Shown here piece after piece: positions 9,168 through 18,127 of a stretch of 64,000 nt of DNA. Location: positions 1 to 64,000 of the IMG/VR virus record IMGVR_UViG_3300037467_001931. One strand, written 5' to 3'. Below the pieces are notes generated by a model. The model saw only the letters and a list, made by a program, of their open reading frames with translations, searched no databases and had not been told where the DNA came from. The translations under genes and the position numbers were made by a program. Position 1 is the first letter of the stretch; each line of letters begins with the position of its first letter. This stretch comes from a virus.

Positions 9168-9210
9168 TGAAAGTGATTACCATTTTCATAAATATATTAT
9201 AGGATCGTAA

Positions 9211-9648
9211 ATGAATTTAGAATTTTTGAAGGAAGAATGGAGTAAAGATTGTGTAATAGATGAAACAAAAATAACTCAAGCTTCCCTCGGAACCGCAAAG
9301 TTACATAGTAAATACCTCAATATCCTTGTTGAAACAAAACAAAAAATAACCTTAGAAAAGCACAATTTAAATAAAATAAAAAAGTTAAAGACTCGTTATT
9401 ATAAGGGTGAATTAACAAAACCAGAATTAGAAAAATATGGTTGGGATCAATATCAATATAACAAACCATTAAAATCTGAACTCAATGATATTTTAGATGG
9501 TGATGATGATGTGATTCAGAAAAAAGAACAGATAGAATATCTAGAAACAAAGTTATATTTTCTAGAGTCTGTATTAGGATCTCTGAGAAACAGAGGATTT
9601 GATATCAAAAATGCAATAGAATGGGGTAAGTACTTATTAGGAAATTAA
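9211..9648 (+). CDS. uvsY: recombination mediator UvsY
   Basis: LKEEWSKDCVIDETKI...HSKYLN and the C-terminal SLRNRGFDIKNAIEW are colinear with T4 UvsY (LQEELKKDVFIDSTKL...YSKWLN...SRGFAIKHIQD). Confidence 0.85.
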   Translation: MNLEFLKEEWSKDCVIDETKITQASLGTAKLHSKYLNILVETKQKITLEKHNLNKIKKLKTRYYKGELTKPELEKYGWDQYQYNKPLKSELNDILDGDDDVIQKKEQIEYLETKLYFLESVLGSLRNRGFDIKNAIEWGKYLLGN

Positions 9649-9671
9649 ACTTTAAATAACACAAAAAATAA

Positions 9672-10409
9672 ATGAAAACTTACGAGTATGAAATAAGAGT
9701 TGCAGAAACGGAAAAGGATTTCAGGGAAGCAGCGGACTTAGTTTCAGAAATGTACGGAACCAAAGGTTATAAAGTCGATCCTGAAAACTTATATGATAAT
9801 GCAGAAAATAAAATAACACTAATATCAAAGTTTGAAGATGTTACAATAGGAACCATATCATTGATATTTGATAATGGTTCTAAAAATCTTAATGTTGATC
9901 AAAGTTATCCAGAAAGAATATCTGAACTTAGAAATGCTGGGTATAAGGTTTGTGAAATAACTAAGTTTGCAGTATCTGATAAAATCAGATCAACAAAACA
10001 TTTAGCTTCGTTATATTCTTTATTATCTCTTTACGCATATATAAATGATTCTACACATTTATTAATTGAAGTAAATCCAAGACATGAAAATTACTACAAA
10101 AAAACTCTTGGGTTTGAAAAAATTGATGAATATAAAATATGTGAAAGAGTAAATGCTCCAGGAGTACTATTGTTAGCAACAATGTTTTATTGGCACGAAC
10201 AAATAAGATTAAATGCAGGAAACAGAAGTAAAAATAGAAATATATTCAATCAGTTCTTTACTATAGAAGAATTGTGTAAAATCAAGCAATCTATATTATC
10301 CGGAAATAAAAAGTTGACAGTTGAAGAAGATAATTTCTCCTTTCAAATTATTAATAAATATCCATATATTACTTGTTTTATGGATATATTTTGTCAACAA
10401 TCTACATAG
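9672..10409 (+). CDS. GNAT-fold acyltransferase, FeeM/N-acyl amino acid synthase-like
   Basis: CEITKFAVS...LLIEVNPRHENYYKKTLGFEKIDEYKICERVNAPGVLLL matches the E-[IV]-[ST]-[RK]-[FL]-A and NP[RK]H..[FY]Y..LGFE pattern I associate with FeeM/exosortase-associated N-acyl amino acid synthases. A paralog lies at 61647. Confidence 0.45.
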   Translation: MKTYEYEIRVAETEKDFREAADLVSEMYGTKGYKVDPENLYDNAENKITLISKFEDVTIGTISLIFDNGSKNLNVDQSYPERISELRNAGYKVCEITKFAVSDKIRSTKHLASLYSLLSLYAYINDSTHLLIEVNPRHENYYKKTLGFEKIDEYKICERVNAPGVLLLATMFYWHEQIRLNAGNRSKNRNIFNQFFTIEELCKIKQSILSGNKKLTVEEDNFSFQIINKYPYITCFMDIFCQQST

Positions 10410-11893
10410 AAAAAATCTCAGAAACCTATATCAAGATAAATTCAACTAAAGATATAGAAACAGAGCTTTCACAGTATTTCACGTTCGAATCACCTGGAGC
10501 AAAGTATACTCCTCTCTATAAGGCAAAGAGATGGGATGGGATGATTCGACTTTATAATCGCTCAACTAAACTACTATATGCTGGATTATATGATATGGTA
10601 GTTAGTTGGGCTGAAAATAATGGTTATGAAATAGAAATTATTCAAAATGAATATTATACCATATTCTCCAAAGAAAAAGAAGTTGATAGAGAAAAAGTTG
10701 AAGCTTGGATAAATTCTCTAGACGTTCATGATGGATATGGAAATCCAATTGAAGTTAGAGAATATCAAATAGATGCATTTATCCAAGCAATAAAAACAAA
10801 GAGAATTATTCTCCTTTCACCGACAGCTTCTGGTAAATCACTGATCATTTATCTATTGGTTAGATTTTTCCAGATGATCAATAAAAAGATGTTACTGGTT
10901 GTTCCTTCTGTAGCATTAGTTCAACAAATGTTCAATGATTTTAATGATTATGCATTAACTCAGGAATGGAAATCGGAGGATAACTGTCAGGAAATATATG
11001 CTGGTAAAACTAAGGAAATAACAAAATCCGTTACCATTTCAACATGGCAATCACTTTATGATTTAAAGAATAAAAGTTTCTTTGAACAGTTCGATGTAGT
11101 GTTTGGTGACGAGGCACACCAGTTTAAATCTAAATCTCTATGTACTATAATGGAGAAATTATCTAATGCCAAATATAGAGTAGCAACAACTGGAACAATA
11201 GACGAAAAATCCAGTGTTAATATTTTAACCTTAACTGGATTATTTGGTAAACAATTTACCGTTTCAACTCTTAGAGAATTAATGGATGATGGATTTATTT
11301 CTCAGTTGAAAATTAAAGTATTAGTTCTAAAACATAGTGATGAGGTGAGAAAAGTAGTATCTAAATATGATTATAAAAATGAAATAAATTATATTTGTTG
11401 TGATCAAGAACGAAATGAATTCATTGCTAAATTGGCATTATCATGTGATGGAAATACATTAATACTTGTTAATTATGTAGAAAAACATGCAAAACCATTA
11501 ATTGAAATGATCAGTGAAATGGTTAAAGGAACTGATAGAAAGGTTTTTGGAATATTTGGTTCAGCTTCTATAGAAGATTTAAAAGGACCAATAGAGAAAG
11601 AAAATAACTGTACAATTATTGCTTCTTATTCTAAATTCTCTACAGGAGCTAATGTTCCATCAATAAGGAATATTATTTTTGGTTCTCCTAATAAATCATA
11701 TATTAGAATTTTTCAATCACTTGGTAGAGGATTAAGATTACATAAAAATAAAGATTATTGCACATTATATGATATTATTGATAATCTTTCATGGAAGAAG
11801 AAAAGAAATACAACTATAGAACATGGAACTGAGAGAATTAAGATGTATAATGATCAAGAATTTAATTATGATATAGAAGAGATAGATTTATGA
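10373..11893 (+). CDS. uvsW: ATP-dependent DNA helicase UvsW
   Basis: Walker A SPTASGKS, DEAH box FGDEAHQF, motif VI QSLGRGLR. The C-terminus ERIKMYNDQEFNYDIEEIDL is colinear with the T4 UvsW end. No ATG is available; the start is a non-ATG codon (TTG 10373 or 10391). Confidence 0.9.
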   Translation: MFYGYILSTIYIEKISETYIKINSTKDIETELSQYFTFESPGAKYTPLYKAKRWDGMIRLYNRSTKLLYAGLYDMVVSWAENNGYEIEIIQNEYYTIFSKEKEVDREKVEAWINSLDVHDGYGNPIEVREYQIDAFIQAIKTKRIILLSPTASGKSLIIYLLVRFFQMINKKMLLVVPSVALVQQMFNDFNDYALTQEWKSEDNCQEIYAGKTKEITKSVTISTWQSLYDLKNKSFFEQFDVVFGDEAHQFKSKSLCTIMEKLSNAKYRVATTGTIDEKSSVNILTLTGLFGKQFTVSTLRELMDDGFISQLKIKVLVLKHSDEVRKVVSKYDYKNEINYICCDQERNEFIAKLALSCDGNTLILVNYVEKHAKPLIEMISEMVKGTDRKVFGIFGSASIEDLKGPIEKENNCTIIASYSKFSTGANVPSIRNIIFGSPNKSYIRIFQSLGRGLRLHKNKDYCTLYDIIDNLSWKKKRNTTIEHGTERIKMYNDQEFNYDIEEIDL

Positions 11894-11963
11894 GGTCTTA
11901 CCCCGAAGGGTACCTACGAACGTAGTGAGGAGGTAAAGGATCTAGAAGGCCCAGGAGGTTACT

Positions 11964-12008
11964 GATATCGCCTTCGGCGATCGGCTTCGCCGAGATATTA
12001 TTTTTTAT
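11964..12008 (+). terminator. tandem GC hairpins plus T-run after uvsW
   Basis: ATCGCC-TTC-GGCGAT and TCGGC-TTC-GCCGA, followed by ATATTATTTTTTA. Confidence 0.7.
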
Positions 12009-12029
12009 TATTAATGATTTTTCTTTAAT

Positions 12030-12390
12030 CCAGAGCCTGACCTCCCAAACGACGTTTCAGAGTTTACTGAAACTAAATAGGTCTTAATCGATGTGTATAA
12101 AAGTGTTTATAACGTAAGATACTATTCCATCTTACTAGGAACGGATGCATTCCAGCCAAACACAAATATGGTTTCTTCTCTATGGAGATTGGTTATAGTC
12201 CATAGATACTGCTCCATACAATGGTTGCTTTTTAAAACTCCGCTGGCCGTGATTCTTAGACGAAGCCAGTAAATCCCTTATATGTCTGGCACCCACATAA
12301 TTATCCAGACGGTCCGAGGTTCAGACCCACTCCTGCTCATCCTACGTAATCTCTACGATGGTTTCAAATTACATAACAAATTGGGTAAAT
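12030..12390. ncRNA. candidate structured non-coding RNA (strand and class undetermined)
   Basis: No ORF of 60 aa or more in any frame, and GC visibly above the flanks. Perfect 6-8-bp stems: GTTTCAG/CTGAAAC (12054-12073), GTAAGAT/ATCTTAC (12114-12135), TCTATGGA/TCCATAGA (12179-12206), CTGGC/GCCAG (12243-12269), GTCTGG/CCAGAC (12284-12310). Confidence 0.35.
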
Positions 12391-12424
12391 CTAGTATATT
12401 TTAATATAAGTAGTATGTGTAATA

Positions 12425-12700
12425 TTATTTTATATAACGTTTCGATTCTTCTTTTTTAGCTTGTTTTATTTTCTCAATTTTTAATGATTTTATTTTCTTT
12501 TTATCAGTTTGTTCAGCTCTAATTATATTATTTTCATATTTAGAAAGTTTATGTGGATTGCGTAGGTCTTTAGGTATCCACTTTAAAAATGGATATAAAT
12601 CTTCTTTATCTTCCACATACCAAGTTTTTCCATCCCACTTCGCTCCAAGTGATTTGGCAACACTTTTTTCTTTGAATGGAACTGTTAGGTTTACTCTCAT
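12425..12700 (-). CDS. DUF5710-like small DNA-associated protein with Lys-rich tail
   Basis: LTVPFKEKSVAKSLGAKWDGKTWYV matches the VPFxEKDxAKxLGAxWDxxxKxWY motif seen on primase/topoisomerase accessory domains. The ATG lies 6 nt after a -10 box. Confidence 0.5.
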   Translation of the reverse strand: MRVNLTVPFKEKSVAKSLGAKWDGKTWYVEDKEDLYPFLKWIPKDLRNPHKLSKYENNIIRAEQTDKKKIKSLKIEKIKQAKKEESKRYIK

Positions 12701-12706
12701 ACTGTA

Positions 12707-12745
12707 ATGATACTATAAAATTTAAACAAAGTATAATTTATTTTT
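12707..12745 (-). promoter_or_regulatory. class-B promoter (minus orientation)
   Basis: On the minus strand: AAAAATAA-ATTATAC-N17-GTATCAT. The -10 ends 6 nt before ATG 12700. Confidence 0.55.
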
Positions 12746-12770
12746 CATATTTCTCTACTCAACAATAACT

Positions 12771-12803
12771 AAATTATACTATGATAACTCAAAGTAGTAT
12801 AAT
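12771..12803 (+). promoter_or_regulatory. class-B promoter
   Basis: ATTATAC 12773-12779, N17, GTATAAT 12797-12803. Divergent from the promoter at 12707-12745. Confidence 0.55.
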
Positions 12804-12809
12804 TATGAT

Positions 12810-13082
12810 ATGAGAAAGTATATACCTTGCAAATATTGCGAAACGCTAATATTCTTCCATAAAAGACAAGATGGAAAATGGGATACCGTTGAAGAAACTG
12901 GTGAACTTCATAGATGTCTTACCAAGAAAGAATATAAATCCGCAAAACAAGGAAATGAAATAAAGAAATGGAAAATGGATTCTAATACTGAGGTAAAACC
13001 TGTCAAGAATCCTAACAAGCAAAATAAATTAGGAACACTTACTCCAAGAAAGATAGTTCGTGTTCAACCGTTTGGAAGATAA
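12810..13082 (+). CDS. hypothetical zinc-ribbon-like protein
   Basis: 90-aa ORF with CKYC...HRC. Confidence 0.5.
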   Translation: MRKYIPCKYCETLIFFHKRQDGKWDTVEETGELHRCLTKKEYKSAKQGNEIKKWKMDSNTEVKPVKNPNKQNKLGTLTPRKIVRVQPFGR

Positions 13083-13088
13083 GGAGCA

Positions 13089-13631
13089 ATGGAAAATTAT
13101 TACGTAAGTAACGAAGATTTGTTAAAGGCAATTACAGAGTATCAAAAAGGGTTGCATGAATCTGTTGAAAATGGAACTGAAGAACCTCAAATGTCGAATT
13201 ACATAGGAGAATGTATAATCAAGATTGCTTCTAAGTTCGCATATAGAAACAATTTCATTAATTATTCATATAGAGATGAAATGATATCTGACGGAATAGA
13301 AGCTTGTGTCACTGGTGTAAAGAAATTTGATACAGCATACAGCAACCCATTTGCATATCTAACACAGTGCTGTTTTTATGCGTTTATATCTCGAATTAAA
13401 AGAGAAAAGACGCAGCAGTATGTAAGATCAGAAATGATAAAGAATTTTGGAATAGAAACTTTTAACATTCAAGATCAAGATTTAGATGAAGATTTCAGAA
13501 TGTCGTTTGAAGAATTTATGAATTCCAATATGAATATTGATGGAGCATTTTTAAATAAAAAGAAGAAACCTACAGTAAAAAAGGTTGGACCTCTTGAAGA
13601 TTTTATGGAAGAAGATACTGTAAATGTCTAA
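13089..13631 (+). CDS. gp55: late-transcription sigma factor gp55
   Basis: NNFINYSYRDEMISDGIEACVTGVKKFDTAYSNPFAYLTQCCFYAFISRIKREK is colinear with T4 gp55 ([57 protein letters not shown]). Confidence 0.93.
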   Translation: MENYYVSNEDLLKAITEYQKGLHESVENGTEEPQMSNYIGECIIKIASKFAYRNNFINYSYRDEMISDGIEACVTGVKKFDTAYSNPFAYLTQCCFYAFISRIKREKTQQYVRSEMIKNFGIETFNIQDQDLDEDFRMSFEEFMNSNMNIDGAFLNKKKKPTVKKVGPLEDFMEEDTVNV

Positions 13632-14679
13632 AACAGCTTTACTTGGTGACACACATTTTGGTGGCAAGTCTGATTCTGTTGATTTTATAGAATTTCAGAG
13701 AAAGTTTTTTGAAAATCAATTTATTCCTTATTTAATTGAAAATAACATTAAGAGGGTGATTCAAGTTGGTGATGTTAATGATAGAAGAACATATATAAAT
13801 TTTCGATCATTATATCATTCAAAGAAAAACTTTTTTGATCCTCTAAGGGATAATGGAATTTCCTTGGAAATATTGTTGGGAAATCATGATTTATTTTATC
13901 TCGAAACGCTTGAAATAAATTCCCCAGAACTTCTTCTTAGAGAATATTCTAATATAATTATTCATAGAAATCCTACAACTTTACAATATGGAATATATTT
14001 GTTTGACATTATTCCGTGGATTTGTAAAGAAAATGTTCAAGAGATAGATGAATTTATCAAAAAATCTCAGTCTGATTTTTGTCTTGGACATTTCTCTATA
14101 TCTGGTTTCTCAATGTACAAGGGACACATTGCAGAAGAAGGATTAAATCCAAAAGTATTCTCTAATTACAAACATGTGTGGACAGGACATTTTCACACAA
14201 GATCAACGAACGGAAATATAACATATCTTGGAACTCCTTATGAAATAACTTGGCAGGATTGTGATGATCCAAGAGGATTTTATGTTTTTGATGATGAAGA
14301 AGGAACAATTGAGTTCATTAAGAATAATTATACTTTGTTTACTAAGATAGAGTATAATGAAGATTTATTTGACATTAAAGAATTTGATTTTAATTCAATT
14401 AAAGATAAATATGTCAAGGTAATAGTAACTAAGAAATCTAATGTTGTAAAGTTTGAAAATTTCATCCAGAGAATTTATGAATCTGGATGTCATGATTTGT
14501 CTATAGATGAAAATTTTGAAGAATATTCAAATGGGACAATTGATGAAGAAATTAAAATTAACGATACGTTGAGTGTTGTTAATTCATATATAGATTCAAT
14601 AGAAATAGAAACAGATAAAGATACGTTAAAAAAACTGATGCAGAGACTTTATGTTGAAGCAATAAATATGGAGAAATAG
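13624..14679 (+). CDS. gp47: recombination endonuclease subunit gp47 (Mre11-like)
   Basis: Phosphoesterase motifs LLGDTHFG, GDVNDRR, GNHD and GHFH, in the T4 gene order 55-47-46. Confidence 0.9.
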   Translation: MSKTALLGDTHFGGKSDSVDFIEFQRKFFENQFIPYLIENNIKRVIQVGDVNDRRTYINFRSLYHSKKNFFDPLRDNGISLEILLGNHDLFYLETLEINSPELLLREYSNIIIHRNPTTLQYGIYLFDIIPWICKENVQEIDEFIKKSQSDFCLGHFSISGFSMYKGHIAEEGLNPKVFSNYKHVWTGHFHTRSTNGNITYLGTPYEITWQDCDDPRGFYVFDDEEGTIEFIKNNYTLFTKIEYNEDLFDIKEFDFNSIKDKYVKVIVTKKSNVVKFENFIQRIYESGCHDLSIDENFEEYSNGTIDEEIKINDTLSVVNSYIDSIEIETDKDTLKKLMQRLYVEAINMEK

Positions 14680-14682
14680 GAA

Positions 14683-14865
14683 ATGGTTGTTCGTATGAAA
14701 ACTTTTGGTTGGGTAGCTTTTATTATTGCAGTTATTATCTATACAATTTGTTTTCCGTTTGTTACTGTGTTCTTATGGGCCAAAGAAGTTTTTATGACCC
14801 CATACGGAATTATTAAAGGGTATAAAATTATTTGGGATGAAGTTTCAAGAAAGTATTGGTATTAA
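14683..14865 (+). CDS. small membrane protein
   Basis: 60-aa ORF with TM FGWVAFIIAVIIYTICFPFVTVFLW. Confidence 0.5.
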   Translation: MVVRMKTFGWVAFIIAVIIYTICFPFVTVFLWAKEVFMTPYGIIKGYKIIWDEVSRKYWY

Positions 14866-16590
14866 ATGATTAATTTTGAAAGTATCCGGTGGGTGAATTT
14901 TTTATCTACCGGATCTGGTGGAAATGAGATTCAACTCAATGCCACCAAAACTACGTTAATAACTGGCAAAAATGGTTCTGGTAAAAGCGCTGGTGTAACT
15001 GACGCGCTTTGCTTTGTTTTATTCAACAAACCATTTAGAAATGTCAATCGTGGTCAACTAATAAATTCAATCAACAATAAGAATTGTTTAGTAACAGTCA
15101 AATTCACTTCTGGAGGAAATCGTTATGTAGTTTCCAGAGGGATGAAGCCAAATATATTTGAAATATACGAAAACGATACCTTATTCACAAAAGAATCTTC
15201 TTCAAAAGATTATCAAAAAATACTAGAGGAACAAATCCTCAGATATAATTTCAAAACCTTTACCCAAGTTGTTTTGTTAGGTTCAGCTTCCTTTGTTCCG
15301 TTCATGGAATTACCAAAGGCATCTAGAAGGGAAGTCATTGAAGATGTTTTGGATATTGGTGTTTTCTCCAGTATGAACGAAATTCTTAAGAAAGAATTAT
15401 CAGTAACTAAAGATGAATTAAATATTGCTGAATCTAATATTTTAATTTTTAAAGAAAAAGTTGATGCTCAAAGAAAGATTATATCTCTTATTGAATCATC
15501 TAATGAAACTCAGATAAAAGAGATAAATGATCAGATTCAAGATTTGATAAATCATTTAATTGATTTATCAAAATCGAAAGGTAATCTTGAATCTGATAAA
15601 AATTCTTTAGGTGATGGATTAGATGAGATTGTTGATCTAGAAAATCGTAAGAGTATTGGATCAAATTTAAGGTTAAGAATTGAAGAAAGAATAAGCAAGA
15701 TAGAAAAAGAGTTGGAATTTTTTCATGATAATGAAACTTGCCCTGTCTGTTCACAGAACATAAGCAGTGATCATAAAGAAAGTATTGTAGATAGTCTACA
15801 TGAAAGAAAGAACAAACAGGAAGATAAATTATCTGACACTAAAACAACTTTAGAATCTATTGAATCGGAATTACTGATTTTAAAGAAAAAGAAGAAGCAG
15901 TTAGAAGGTATTGAAAATAAAGTTTCTCAAATTGATGAACAGATAAGATTCATCACAAACCAAATAACAAAATTAAATAAAAGTCTAGAACAAAAACAAC
16001 AAGTAAATGATGTAGAAAAAGAAAAAATAGAATTAGAAAAAATTACAGAACAGGCGATATCTCTTGTAAAAACCAAAAAAGAACTTCAAAAAAATAAAGC
16101 GTTGCAGGAACAAGCTCTCCTGCTGCTTAAAGACAATGGAATAAAAACATCCATTATTCGAGAGTATTTACCAGTTATAAATATTAAAATAAATCAGTAT
16201 TTAGCTTCAATGGATTTCTTCTGTAATTTTGAGATAGATGAAGAATTCAATGAAGTAATAAAGTCTCGTCACCGCGACGATTTTTCTTACGCCAGCTTTT
16301 CTCAGGGACAAAAACAAAGAATTGATATTGCTATAATGTTCACTTTTCGTGAAATAGCGAAAATGAAAAATAGCCTCAATACCAATATCTTGGTTCTAGA
16401 TGAAATTTTCAGTTCATCATTAGATAAAACTGCTGTAACGTTTTTGGTGGATATGTTAAATTCTTTAAAAGACACTAATACCTTTGTGGTAACTCATCAT
16501 CCAGATGAATTTGAAGATGTATTTGATAGACATATCCAGTTCAAAGAAGTAAATAACTTTTCCATAATGAAGGATTTAAGTAATGTTTGA
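14866..16590 (+). CDS. gp46: recombination endonuclease subunit gp46 (Rad50-like)
   Basis: Walker A GKNGSGKS, central coiled coil with CPVC zinc hook, ABC signature SFSQGQKQR, Walker B ILVLDE. Confidence 0.9.
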   Translation: MINFESIRWVNFLSTGSGGNEIQLNATKTTLITGKNGSGKSAGVTDALCFVLFNKPFRNVNRGQLINSINNKNCLVTVKFTSGGNRYVVSRGMKPNIFEIYENDTLFTKESSSKDYQKILEEQILRYNFKTFTQVVLLGSASFVPFMELPKASRREVIEDVLDIGVFSSMNEILKKELSVTKDELNIAESNILIFKEKVDAQRKIISLIESSNETQIKEINDQIQDLINHLIDLSKSKGNLESDKNSLGDGLDEIVDLENRKSIGSNLRLRIEERISKIEKELEFFHDNETCPVCSQNISSDHKESIVDSLHERKNKQEDKLSDTKTTLESIESELLILKKKKKQLEGIENKVSQIDEQIRFITNQITKLNKSLEQKQQVNDVEKEKIELEKITEQAISLVKTKKELQKNKALQEQALLLLKDNGIKTSIIREYLPVINIKINQYLASMDFFCNFEIDEEFNEVIKSRHRDDFSYASFSQGQKQRIDIAIMFTFREIAKMKNSLNTNILVLDEIFSSSLDKTAVTFLVDMLNSLKDTNTFVVTHHPDEFEDVFDRHIQFKEVNNFSIMKDLSNV

Positions 16591-18127
16591 TTGTGTAAAT
16601 TGTGGTTCAAAGAATTTGAAATATGGTGGTATTTTAATGCGTGGTAGAGAAAAGATGACGAAACTATGTTGTCTTGATTGTGGAACAAATAGTTACGTTG
16701 GTGTTGATGTTTATGAAGAATTAGTTGGTGAAAGTGTTGAAAAAATAATAAAGCAACAGGAATTACCAAGCAATTGTGAACGATTAGTTATCACTAGCGC
16801 AATCATAGGAAGTCCTGTAGATGATGTATTTTTAGAAACCCTTGAAACTTATTGTGCTTCCAGAAATGCAAGATTAGTTGTCATTCCAATTAAATACAAA
16901 AATAGAGATTGGGATGAAGATGTGGAAGGACCTCATCCAGCAAGTGAATATTTTACTTATGATAATTTTTACTTCGGAAACGAATTCAAAGTCATGGGTG
17001 GATTGAGACTTAATGCTTCTATGGAACATCCTCTTTCAGGACTAGAATCTCTATCTAAAGGATATTCTGTTATTTTTGGTCATCCACAAGTAGCTTTAAA
17101 AACTGTTCCTTCTGAAGGTAGTTACCCTTCAATAATAACAACTACTGGTTGCATAACAAATAAAATTATTTATACAGATACCAAACAAGGATTGAAAGCA
17201 ACATTTAATCATAGCAACTCTGCAGTTGTCCTGGAAATTGATGAAGATTCAAACACTCACATGAGACATTTGAATTTTGATGGTATTGGGTTCTTCGATT
17301 TAAGTATTTATTATTCTCGTGACACAATTACATATAAAGAAGATCCTGTTATTGCCTTAGTTACTGGTGATGAACATGTTATTTTTCGCGACGAATTTGT
17401 TTCTGCCGCAACATATACAGATAAAGATTCTATCGTAAATGTTCTAAAACCAAAATTAATTGTTCGTCATGACGTGATGGATTCATACAGTGTTTCTCAT
17501 CATCATAAACATAATGTATTTACTCAATATGCAAAGTATAAAGAAGGATATTCATCCTTGGCAGATGAATTGGATGAAACTATAGATTATATTGTAGCAA
17601 CCACACCACCTTGGGCAAAATCTTTAATTGTATCAAGTAATCATAACGATCATATCCTTAGATGGTTAAATGAATGTGATCCAAAAGAAGAACCATGGAA
17701 TGCTGAATTGTATCATTGGTTTATGTATGAAATGCTTAAAAAAACAAGGATGGGAGAATCAGGTGCAGAATACCCGAATCCTTTTGAATTATATGTAAAA
17801 GAATTTTATGATTCATCTAATATGGAATTTTTGAAAAGAACTGAATCATATATGATAGATGAAGTTTCTGTGAATTATCATGGAGACATTTCCACGAATG
17901 GAACAAGAGGTAATAGGAGTTCATTTAGTAAATTACCAACCAAAACAATAATTGGCCATTCTCACAGCCCAGGAATCGATAAGGGAGCATACCAAGTAGG
18001 AACAAGTTCTAAACGAAGACTTGAGTATAATTCTGGACCAAGCTCTTGGGATCATTGTCATTGCCTCATTTATAAGAACTCTAAGAGGCAATTAATTTTT
18101 ATCCGAAACCGAAAATGGAGAGCGTAA
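16583..18127 (+). CDS. zinc-ribbon + calcineurin-like metallophosphoesterase protein
   Basis: N-terminal CVNCGS...CLDCG. C-terminal motifs LVTGDEHV, SSNHNDH, YHGD, IGHSHSPG. Confidence 0.6.
   Translation: MFDCVNCGSKNLKYGGILMRGREKMTKLCCLDCGTNSYVGVDVYEELVGESVEKIIKQQELPSNCERLVITSAIIGSPVDDVFLETLETYCASRNARLVVIPIKYKNRDWDEDVEGPHPASEYFTYDNFYFGNEFKVMGGLRLNASMEHPLSGLESLSKGYSVIFGHPQVALKTVPSEGSYPSIITTTGCITNKIIYTDTKQGLKATFNHSNSAVVLEIDEDSNTHMRHLNFDGIGFFDLSIYYSRDTITYKEDPVIALVTGDEHVIFRDEFVSAATYTDKDSIVNVLKPKLIVRHDVMDSYSVSHHHKHNVFTQYAKYKEGYSSLADELDETIDYIVATTPPWAKSLIVSSNHNDHILRWLNECDPKEEPWNAELYHWFMYEMLKKTRMGESGAEYPNPFELYVKEFYDSSNMEFLKRTESYMIDEVSVNYHGDISTNGTRGNRSSFSKLPTKTIIGHSHSPGIDKGAYQVGTSSKRRLEYNSGPSSWDHCHCLIYKNSKRQLIFIRNRKWRA

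Noticed and set aside
11894-12424. Group I intron or other self-splicing element after uvsW. ACTAAAT and ATAGTCC strings faintly resemble the R and S core elements.
   Set aside because: uvsW is complete: its C-terminus is colinear with the T4 UvsW end and the stop precedes the region. No downstream exon continues any frame. The putative P7 pairing is only 3-5 bp, and one candidate element sits in the loop of an 8-bp hairpin. The region is kept only as an unclassified structured-RNA candidate.
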